Shown one piece after another: positions 11,501 through 23,500 of a DNA stretch of 64,000 nucleotides. Source of the stretch: Macrostomum hystrix (Eukaryota; Animalia; Platyhelminthes). The first letter of the stretch is position 1. The number at the start of each line of letters is the position of its first letter. Where the stretch lies: positions 6,820,001 through 6,884,000 of the forward strand of contig CATNEN010000024.1 of NCBI GenBank assembly GCA_950097015.1, read 5' to 3'. A model generated the notes under the pieces. It searched no databases. It worked only from the letters and a program-made list of their open reading frames with translations, and was not told the origin of the DNA. The translations under genes were made by a program, and so were the position numbers.

Positions 11501-14500
11501 ATCAACGCCAACACCATCTTCAGTCTCAAACTGCAGCACAATCTCGTGAATCTCCTTATTACTTAGCACAACTCTTTTCACTGGATTTGGTTTCTCTACC
11601 AGCATCTGTCCTCCAGGAACAGAGTTTGAGATGTTGTACAAAATATTCGTTCGCTTCCCCTTAAATACCCAATCACGACTGAGATTACTTCTGATTAGAA
11701 TATTCAAACCCTTTACAATATCTGCGATATTGGGTGCTAAGAACAGACCGCTTTTATACACTTTCTTCTCGAATCCCAATTCCCTATACCATGTGTCATC
11801 TTTAAATTCAACCTCCGCATCTTTGTGAACTTGCATGACCACTCTCATTACAGTGAGATCATAGGATAGTTTGACAGGGAACAGTTTCTTCTCTGGCTTG
11901 CTCTCATTGGGTGTTTCAAAATGGCCTCTTTTAGTAAAAATATTTTCTAGAAAGTAATTGTAGGTATCCACACTTTGCGTGCTTACAGGGAATACCACAG
12001 CTTCTGCTGCTGCACCTCTCCATTTGTAATGAAACTTATTATTTGCTGCTGTCACATTGGGAACGTTTGACCAACCAGTGAAGTCGTTAAGATATACATG
12101 GTAATTAGCACTTGGATCCAGGCGAATCGCCTGCTGTAATTTTTCAACAAATATCCCGTTTGGGTCATTAATTCGCCCAGCTATTGTAATAGGAATGCTC
12201 TCCTTAGAGTGAGAAATAATATTATTTAGTCTTTCAGCAATCGCTTCCATTTTTCAGCCCCGAAAAAAAAATATTTAAACTTTGCTGGATGAATTGTTGA
12301 TCATGTTAAGCTTCACCTTCCTCTCGAACGCATAGATAATGTACAGGTCAACAGCAGTTGCGGCAGTCCTCTCAATGTTAGTCACGATATTCACAGGGCT
12401 GTTATCAGTAGGCATTTGTCTGGCAGACACATCAGCGCCAAACATCGGATAAAGAGTTCCATATTGAAGAGCAGTGATAGCAATTCCATTGTTCTCTTTC
12501 ACAGCCAAGTCGACCAACTCGCTGTAAAATTTGCTAATCTTGTTCTGACTGAAATTTCCATTTTGTGGCAGTGCAGGGTAAAGATTATCACTGATTTCAT
12601 GCTGAATGGACCGCACATCTCCATGCATGTAGCGTATAATGTTGTTTGGGTTTCTCATGTTAATAATAATATACCTTGGATTGCTGCATGATCCCTCTTT
12701 AATGCAGATGTTTGTTCTGGTTTCGTTTCGCTCATCTCGACACATGTAGGCCGTGTAGGCGACATCAATGTCCTTCTCTATTGCCTTGAGATAATCTGCT
12801 TTTAGTGCGGTCTTTGGCTCAATGACTTCCAAATACAGCTCGATTCCGGTTAGCTTCACCTCCATCCTAGTGTGGTCCGCCCCAGTCCACAACACTCTAC
12901 TGCGATCATCTCTAGTCACCTTAAAGGTGTAGCTGAAGTTACTAGTCAGTCGATTAAATGTATTACAGAATCCACTCATGAATCTCAGTGGTACGAATAC
13001 ATCAACAGACCGATACAGCGGGTTCTTAGCAGCATCATCAGCACCTTGCAATGCATAGTTGTATCTCTTCTTCCTCTTTTTATAGCCACTGTCATTGATA
13101 TCTCCTTCTTTTTCATCTGCAATGAAACCCGCACCACTCCCCAACTGAATAAAATCTGGATTCTCGATCAAACAATGAGCGTCATAGACAATTCCAAAGT
13201 TGGCGATTCGCTCCAACTCTGTGCTCCCATTCGATACACTAAACTCCTTGAACATGTACGCCCAAAAGTTACTAATCAGAGCCACATCTGCATCATGCTT
13301 GTCAACGTTAGCATGAGCTGCATCCGCACCTCCCTTTGTCTTGAATTGAAATGTCATATGGAAGCCGCTCTTAAGACTGTGCACACTAACTAGAGACGAA
13401 CATCCATTGTAGGTGAATGTCAGTGTTTGACCAGGACCAAGATTAGTTTCATTCTGATTTTCCTGACTGGGAACTCTTACTTGAGTCGCTTTGATTGTGC
13501 TATCATCACTCAAAATAGGCTTGTTAATTTTGTAGAAAACTGGTGTCAGTGGGTCGTTCATTTTTTAAACTAAAAAAAAATAAAATAAAAAATGAAGCGA
13601 AAAAATGCGCACCAAATATCTGAATTGGAGAAGCTAGCACAAGCAGAAAAGAGAGTTACCGGGCTAATCAATAAGGAGCAACAATCCTACAATGAGTTTG
13701 TCCAAGCAGCCACAGAGTTTCATAAACCCGGGTATGGAGAAGCTAAGAAAAATATTGATCAAGTCAAAGAAACTATTGACGACATACAGGAAACCCAGGT
13801 GCAAAAGGCTTTGGGCAAAATTCCAGAAGCACCGCAGATACAACAATCTGCAGATCCGCAAGTCCAAGTCCCACAACAGTCACAACTAAAAGTGACAGAT
13901 AACTTTTTTGGACCAGTAGAACGCGCAGAACATGATGGGAAATATGTATTTGGAATAAGTATGTGGAGAAAAAAAATTTATAATGAACCAGTGGAATATT
14001 ATATCGACATAAATAAGACCCATATTTCTGTTGTCAAAGGCTCAGAAACTAAAAGCATAATTTTCACAGAAACATTACTGACATTTATGACTAAAAACCA
14101 AGAGAAAATTTCGGACAAGCAACTAAAGAACTACAGAGATCTAGTAACTTTTGCTCTTGCTAGAGATATAGAAATACTAAAGGACCCACAAGTTCTGAAA
14201 ATGATGCATGACAACGGTGTCATCCTGACTAGATTCAAAAAGTACAAGTATTTTATACAGTGGTTTGGTTTGCCAGATCAAGAAGCTGCAATAAAATATC
14301 TAGAACAACAACCGCCCCAGCAGCAACCGCCCCAGCAGCAACCGCCACAGCAGCAACAAACATCTGAATCAACACCCGAAGACGTACTCAGTGCCCTTGA
14401 AAATGCAGATCCGACTCAAGTAGCTAAATATAAAAATGATCACCCGGATGCCTGGCAACAACTAGAAAATTTCTCCCCAGCTCGAATGAATAAAATCAAG

Positions 14501-17500
14501 GCAAGAGTGTTCACACCACAACAAAGACCAGTTGAGAGTTCACCCCAGTCCTCCACCGACCAGTCCTCCACTGACCAATCATTTCGAGGAAAAGGAATTT
14601 CTGACATCTATAAGCGAGTGGCTGTTCTTCTTGGAGCTGCAAAGACTGGCATGAAAGACGAAAATAGAAAAGAATTTGTCAACATCCTGGACAAAATGAT
14701 GGAAAAGAAGTATATCGACAAACGGGCAAGAGAGCTTCTGCTTTCACGTTTTAACAAAAAATAATTTCTTCCCTAATAAAAATGCCGATTATTTTCGAAA
14801 AAGACGTGGACAAGTACTATGACAAGGAGGAACTTAATCTAATTAAGCGTGGATCCGGACTTTTCCCGGCAGGCCACTATCCGAGGAAAGAACGCTCCGG
14901 GAATGGTCTTGCTGATATAATTGCACAGGGTGCTCAGATCTTTAAAGTCATTAGTGAGAACAAAGATAATATTAAGAACGCGGCTGAATCAGTGGGAAGT
15001 GTTGTCACTGCGGCTAAAAAGATAAAGGATGCTGTAACACAAGATATTCAGCCCCCATTGGCTCCGCTGGCTCCGCTGGCTCCTCTGGCCCCAAACCCAG
15101 ACACTGTGGACCCTGCAATCTATGAGAAGATGAGAGCTAGCATTAAAAAAGGAAGTGGTTTCAAATTCGAATAGGGTACTAGGGTACTTTCCGAGGGTAC
15201 AAGACATGTAAGGGTACAAGACTAGTCCCAAACCCAGACACTGTGGACCCTGCAATCTATGAGAAGATGAGAGCTAGCATTAAAAAAGGAAGTGGTTTCA
15301 AATTCGAATAGGGTACTAGGGTACTTTCCGAGGGTACAAGACATGTAAGGGTACAAGACTAGTCCCAAAAAGACACATCTAAGTCCCAAAAAGACACATC
15401 TAAGTCCTAGACACATCTAAGTCCCAAAAAGACACATCTAAGTCCTAGACACATCTAAGTCCCAAAAAGACACATCTAAGTCCTAGACACATCTAAGTCC
15501 TAGACACATCTTATAAATGATTTACTCTTTTTTAATTTTTTTTTCATCATAGAAAAATGGACTTTTCAAACGACTTCAATCCTCACTGGACACGTAATCA
15601 GATTAAGTTTTCTCATCATGAGTCAATCCCGGGTCACTTCAGGTGCATTGTTGTTGGTTCATCAGGTTCAGGCAAAACATTCAGAGTCTTTAACATGCTT
15701 CTTAGACCTGGCTTTATCGACTATGACACTCTGCACATCTACTCTCCCACCCTGTATCAAGATGAGTATAAAATGTTGATCTCTGGACTGCAAAACAGAC
15801 TGCACAAAGAGCACATTATTCAATGTTTTAATAACCAAAAGAGCCTTCCCAGTAACCCAGAAATTGTAGCTGCCGAATATGCAAAGTACCTCAAAGACAA
15901 TGAAAAATGGCAGAACATTAAAGTGTTCACATACGGAGATCCGCAGGTTGATCCTAAGACCAAACTTCTACCCCAACCAGATGAGCTAGAAAAGGGGAGA
16001 AAACATTTGATTGTCTTTGATGATTGCATGACAGGCCCACAGAAGCAGATAGAAAACTATTTTACAAGAGGACGGCACAACAATTGTAACGTAATTTACA
16101 TTGCCCAGAATTGGTTCGAGCTCCCGAACAAAACAATTCGTGGGAACTGCAATCTGATCCTCCTGTTTCCAACAATTCCACAGGACAGGCTAAAAAGATT
16201 TTACAATGAGGTCATTGCGCCTGCCCATTTTGTAAATCCAACAAAAAACTCCAACAGAAAGATTTCACAGGAGGAATTCGTTAATCTTTGCTATGAAAAG
16301 TGGAATCAACCTTACCAGTTTGTGATGATCAACAAAGAAAAAAGAACTGTAATTTAAATTTTGTTATTAAAAAAAATGTCTGTTAATTTTGCAGGTGAAT
16401 CGTTGGATCGCGGAAGCACACTCACTAGTGCTCAAGTTTCTTACCTTGACAGGCGTTATATAAATGTTGACGAAAAAATTCCAGAAATCAAACTCATTAA
16501 AGATCGCTTGAAAGCCCTAGAGCGGGCAACACACCAACAACAAATAAACATGGAAGACCTGCGGTTGAGCGTAGCAAAACGGAAGGAAGAGATTGACATA
16601 CTATATGTACAGTTTGTTCATGATCGGGATACTCTTGTTGCAGCGATACCCACTCTGAGATCAGACATCGCCACTCTAAGATCAGACATCGCCACTCTGA
16701 GAACTGCCGTTAATAATCGAGCAAACTTGGTGGAAGAAAGAGTAACAGAAAATTCAAATAAAGTTCGAAATTTAGAAGCCTTTATGCTAAGATCAAGCAC
16801 TGTGCATGATAGATTGAGTTCGCGACTCACAGCAGCAGAGTCAGATATAACAGCTCTTCAGAGACTAGCAAATGAAACAAAGGAAACACTAAGACCCATG
16901 GGGCTAAACGTAACAAGACACACTGAGTATTTGAATAGGATATACAACGACTGGGGGAAAACGAAAAGAAGACTCGGCCGACTAGAGAGACTGCACAATC
17001 TGCCGGACATTGACATTGAAGAAGCAAGAGTATCTGATGGACCATCAGAAGAGGTATCAAGGGAGGCGGCAAGGCGTGCAACAGATTTGCGAGAAAGGTC
17101 ATAAAAAATTTATATAATTTTTTTTCGTTCAATAAATGTCTGAAAAAATTAACTCTCTATATGAACCTAGTGCGCCTCCAAACAACCCAAGCCCACAACA
17201 ACCCCTTTACCCAACTTTCACTTGTAACTCGCAGCAATTCAGATTGGTGGAGATTCAAAAGATGCGAGATGATATTAAACGGCAAATTGATCATAATACC
17301 AAGAAACTGAAGCGCTATAATAGACAGTGCAAGGTCTTCGATTACCTTAATATGCTTCTTGGATCTGTATCTGTTCTATCGGGATCAGCAGCTGCTGTTT
17401 CAACAATTCCAGTAATCACTGTGCCAATCGCCATTCCACTCGGAGCTGCTGGTGCCACATGTGGTCTGATTTCAGCAGTTACAGGAGCACTATCACGGAA

Positions 17501-20500
17501 CAGACGACAAAAGCTAAAGCATCTACATGCGAAGCAAACAAATGAGAAATCAGTACAGAACTCTATCATCGGGTACATCTCAAAGGCGATTGAAGACAAG
17601 TTCATTTCAGAGGATGAGTTTAAAAACATTCAAGACCTCTATGAGCAACGAGTTAGGCTTAATCTAAATACCATTGATGAAATGAGCCAGCTAAGAAATG
17701 ATCTGGAGAATGTGTTCAAACAGCATGTGGCGAAAGCAGCGAAAATGAACAAGACCTAACAGGACCTAACGGGACCTAAAAAAATTATTTTTTCAGCCCT
17801 AAAATGATTTCTTTGTAACTCTTTCGGGTGTGGGTCATTGCATACAAAACGGTCATACATAGCTCGCCACAAACATCACTGTTAATACCCTGGAGTATAA
17901 AATCTGAGCGGTATATTTTATGTCTCATTTTATGTCTCATATGAGTCATATAATTTCTCAGCACTTCAGGCACGGCCGTACCATAGCTATCAAAGTAATA
18001 GTACTTGTGTTTACGGTTGGGATCAATTACCCAACAAACCCAATGAGAACCTGGCTTTTCTGCAGGGTCAAAGTTCATGATTCCACATTCTTTTTCTAGT
18101 GGGGTTTCTGGCAGTGTATCCTTCATAAAGACGCCTCTGAAGTTTGGGATTTTTAATTGCTGAGCTAGCTCTTCTAAATAAATATTGGTTGTCATTATTT
18201 TTTTTAACAATTTTTTTTGTTACAACTTTTTTGTTACAAATTATTTAATCTATAGTGTCCAAATGGTAGGCTGTTAATGTTGTCATCAAAGATATATCGC
18301 TTGTTATCGGCACCTGAGAGGCCTATCTTCTTCTGTTGAATTGTGTGAATGTTGTGGTTCTTAGACTGCAGTTTCATAAATTCATGGGTGGTGTTTTTAT
18401 TATTGATCAATGCGTCCTTGTATGAAGCTTCATGGAGATCGTTTTTAACAACATGTTTTGGGATTCCTTTTGATTTTTTAATGGTAGACTTACAACTTTT
18501 TACAAAATAGGACTTTGCCCTCAAACCGATAAACTCTGTAATGAGGGTGCCAGCCGTTTCATCCTTCATTTTTCCTACAACTTTTTGATTTCCAGTGTCG
18601 CGTACTTGATCGCCTTTCAAAGTCTTGAAGGACTCTGGATATTCGGATAGGTCATACAGATGTTTTTGATTCAACATGTCCTGATAGACATCCTCAGTCT
18701 GTATGTTTAGAATTAGGGAGTCTGTGTCAGTATATAGAAGTTTCACTTGTTCGCCGTATTGTCGCTTCATGTCATAGAAGAATTTATACATCAGACGCTT
18801 CGACTCATCGAGTACAGTCACACCTGTGAATATCGGCTTGCATAGGGTAACTTTAGTCTTATAGAACAGTATGGCACCCAAGTAATCATTAAAGATATGA
18901 AGCTCTTTGAAAGTGGGCTTTGATAAACTTGTCTGAATAGTACCAGGCTCATAACAGGTAACGAGCTTCAGGTTCGTGCGGTTGCGTTCGTTTTCTAGGG
19001 TCTTGCCATAGACAGAGTTGTTTGCAAGCTTGAACAGGTCCTTGTCAAAGCTGTTTGTTGCTTTAGTTCTAAACTGGGTGTTTTTTTCTATGTATGGCTT
19101 CATCCACGCTTCTTCTGTGAATGCGAGAGCCCTGTGAACATTCGTGACCCTACAGCCTAGGGAGATAAAATACTGCAACAGTTTGTAGTGGATTTTATAG
19201 CGTGTCTTGTTCATGAGATTTTGTGTTAACTTTTTCACACGCTCTTTTTCTTTTTCAGATAGCTGCCAGCTTCCATCATTGTACTGGATTATCTTTGGAC
19301 AGTTAATGTTCTCAGGGAAGGGGGCAAAGTCAGAGAAATAGTCGTGAAATCCCTTGGGAACTTCAACATCAACTTCATAGATCGCAGGTATTGAAAAGTC
19401 TGTGTTGCATTCTGTTAGCCACCTAAAATCTCTAACAGGTAAATCTTGGCTCATAGCCCAACCATAGAGGTTGTTGGCATCCAGATAAATGATGTAGTTT
19501 GAAGGCTTTTCTTTATCATAGTCTTCTAGATACGGATTGTTCGCCTTTGCATACCTATGGACACAAATAGAGATGCCACCTCTCTTAGATGAATCTATAA
19601 AGTTGTACATGTCTATGTCTGTAAGCAGCTCGATGTACCAGTTGGGATTTTGATCCCATTTCATTTTAAGCAATGATTCCCAACTGGTAGCAGGCAAAGA
19701 CACATAATGAGCAGGGTCAAGACCATAAGCAGAGTACCAGGTCTTTCTAAAGGTTTCAAATACATCAGCTAGAAGAAAGACATCAGTCCAAAGGTAAAGC
19801 ATGTGATAATCAAGAAAGTTTCGACAGTTAAAATGTTTGTAAACAGTCTGAGCATGCTCATAATCTTCATCAGAAATCCCAGAGTTTGTTAGCTTTGAAA
19901 AGAACTTGTCCTTGGGTGGTAGTGGTTCTGCAAAGACGTGATTACATTCATAAGGGTAGACACCTTTCTTTCTAAGAAGCTTAAATGAATCTGGGGTTCT
20001 GGGGTTGAGGGAATCTGCCAGCATCTTGGTATAAGTACATTGGTCATCGGTGAGATTTTTACTCAAAGCATCGAGACTTGCGGCCAGAAACTGGAATGAA
20101 TCTTTGATCTTAATCTTGCCTGAATCTCGCTTAATATCAATGCACTTGAACTTTTCTTTGTTCTCTGCGATGCAATCTAGTTTAATGCCTGGTATCATAC
20201 CCAGCTTCTCAACCAATAAGTGATAATCATATCCCCTTCCGTTATGGAAGAAAACGGTAAGGTCGCGGATGTTTTTCTGAAGTTTCAGATTGCAAGTGTT
20301 ATGAGCTGCCCCTCTAAATTTTCCTGTGAAGTGATCGTGATCTCTGACTGTGTGGTTTTTGACGTCGCAGGGTGTTAATAGCTTTCGGCAAATGTGACAA
20401 TGAGTTGCAGATCCGAAGTCGATTTCATCTTGATCGGACATAATTATTGGAACAGGCTGAATGGCAGCAACATTTTTCTGTAATTCCATCATCGAGTAAA

Positions 20501-23500
20501 TGAATTGTTCAACACACTGGTCACCTAAGAAATATTTTGAGCAAATAAAAGAGTCTCTTCCAATAAAGAGATACGCAACAGAATTTGGGACATGCTTATT
20601 GGTTTCAGGGTTTATAGCGCATTCGAAGTCGGCATACACTATAAACGGGAGCTTCTCCATCTTGTGATAACTCTTAAATCTGAGATGCTTATCCGTTGGA
20701 AGTGTGCAGTTGGTTGGATGATCTTCACAGGTCAGTTCATGCTCTTTAAGTTTTTCATCACGATCGGGTCCACTATAATGCTTCAGACAAAGACGGCAGA
20801 TTGCTACCGATTCATGATGATTGTTCATTTGCTTGTGGAGGAGCCTGGAAAGATCTTTAATCCAAACGTAGTGGGCATTTTCTCGCAAATCACCTATGAT
20901 TAGAAGATCGACATCTATGCGACGCCTGCCTTCAGGATCTAGCGTGTTTTTACTGGCTCTGACTAATTGTACTTTTTCGCTCTTCTCATTCCATTCAAAG
21001 ACTGTGATTCTGATTTTATTGTTAAATACTTCCTCTAGCTTTGGGATTTGATCGATTGCCAAGCCACCTCTATTGAAGGAAATTCCTTTAGCATGGCATT
21101 CTAAAAGTTTTGCGTCAAAATACATTTTATAATGAGAAGTTCTCTCTGGGTGGGCTCGATCTTTCTCATACAATATTGCAGACAGAACGGCCCATAGTGC
21201 GCAGCATTGGTCATCATTTTGCACATTGATGCAAGCCTTTTTACTCGCTAGCTTTTTCGGGAGCTCAATATATGATGAAGCTTTGAGAGGGTCATATTTC
21301 ATGATCATTACTGTAGCTTTTTGAATACCATTGACAACCCAACCCGATCCTCTGGAAGTAAAGGCGTCAATCTTTTTACTGATCTCTTGAAGAAAAGGAT
21401 CCTGTGTGTCAGTGGGAGTAAAGGGTAGAGCTTTAGTAGTCATGTAGTATTCAAGACGCTCAGTGGGTTTTGCAGGCATGTAAAATTCAATCTTGAATGA
21501 TAACTGAAGCTTGAAGGTCTTACGTGACTTCAGTGTGTGATCAATTACTGATTGAATTCTGTCTTTGAAGTCGTAAATGTCGGATTGGGAATTTGTGGTG
21601 TCTTCCTGGATTGTGTACTCAATATAATACTCTGTGAATTTTCTCTGTGCAAATTTAAGGTCTTCAGTTTGTAGCTCTACTTGTAGCTCTGCTTCAACCT
21701 GGTGGATTGTACGTTCTAGATCTTCTTGCTCTTGCTTATTCTGTGGGTATTTCAACACATTTTGACCTGTGAGTGTCTCATACTTATTGACTAAGCTGCG
21801 GCTCTTTTGTTGATGCTCAGCTGCAGGGTTCATCACGGGTGTGTACTGCTCTGAATGCAGAAGCTGATTGATAATTTCTTGCTGCTTTGCATAGCTCCCG
21901 AGGTGGCCTGGATCTTGATTGAATTTCTGCCTGCAAAGCTCTTGCAAAACTTTACTTTTCTGCTGAAAAGAAGAGGCTTGAGGACAATAATTTTGAAAGA
22001 AAGATTCGACAAATTTTTTTTCTGGAATTGCTTTAGGCATTTTTAATGAAAATTTTATAAAAAAAATTTAGGGTGGTCACCCTCAAGTGAAGTGTAAAGT
22101 ATGGCATACTACTACCAACAGTGCTAAATATGGTTATGAGAGCAGATTCTGTTCTGTTCTGTTTTCACATCCGGAGTATTGTAAATCCTGCTTTATGCAG
22201 TGTCATGATGGCTTTAACGATTTCTGATTTGCTGACTGATTCATCAGCTGATTCATCAGATTCACAACTACCCATTCCGATTCTGACTCCTTTTTCTCTA
22301 GCGATTTTCTCCATCTCTTGTTGATGTGCTCTGTCATTGCCAGCCTTCACAGCTGATGCAACTCCGCCGGCTACACCTCCAGCAGCACCAAGAGCACCTG
22401 CGATGATGGGGATAAGAGTTAGCAAAGGAAGAATCCCACCTGTCTTCTCATCAGTGATATTGTGCGTTTGATTGTTACAATGGATCAGATGCTGGATTGG
22501 ATCTACTTTGACTTTGACACCTTTAATTGATACAACTCCTGGCTTCTTAGAGTCGATAATTCTGCTGATTTTATTCACGGTTCTGGTTTCAATCATTTTA
22601 TTTAAAAAAAAATTTAATTTATTTCTGTGTCATGTGGAATCACTAGAAGCTCAGCCCTTGTGAATGATCGTGTGGGGGCTTTTGAATTAAAGTCTTGGGA
22701 TAGAAAATAGTAATCGCCGGATGCTGATGTGAAATGCCTGTTTATCTTATGTACATCAAGACTAAAGTATGGGTCTGTTGCTCTTCTCTTTGTGTCCTTC
22801 TCCAGCTCTCCTGGTAAGTAAAGGAAGCGAACGAATTCAGAGTTAGTAAGAACTTCCGGAGAATAAACACCAGGGAGCTTTGGAAATGGGAATTGGGAGA
22901 TCGGATGTTTTGAATTAACTGTGTCTTGTTTGATGGCAGTATTTGGTTTCAGGTTTGTCATTCGAGAAACTTCATTGTTCAGTTGACTTATTACTGCGGG
23001 GAGTCTTTCTGTCCACTTGGTATAGTATTGGCCACTTTTTAGTTTCAGCTCTTCAGCTGTCTGCTTTGTGAAAAGTCTCTTTGCTAGAGTTAGATTGAAT
23101 CTTTCAACAAAAGCCTGGTCTCTATGGAGCTCAGTTCTTCCGTAGCGCATTTTCGTATTGTTCTTTTCCATAAGGGATTTGACTGCACCCATGAATTCTT
23201 TGCCAGGATCAGTCATAAAGGTTTGGGGGTATGTGAGCGGTGAGTTTTTGTAAATGTATTGGAGGGCAGCTGCAACTGCTTCTGACTTCTTAGTCTTAAG
23301 CGGTCTCGCTTCCTTATATCTGGAGGCAATGTCTATAACAGTGAGCGCATACTTGTAGCCTGAGTCATTGGGGAGAAACAGAAGATCTGCTTGGTGCGCT
23401 TCATTAGGTTTATAGATGTTAAAGTGAGGTCTTGTAAATTTAACAGGTGGGAAATAGACTTGGTAAACTGCTTGCTTAGAGAGCCATCTTTCAACTGTTT

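Noticed and set aside
16648-16705. ACTCTGAGATCA in the coiled-coil gene resembles the host satellite
   Set aside because: The match is about 12 bp, in frame within heptad repeats, and consistent with chance.
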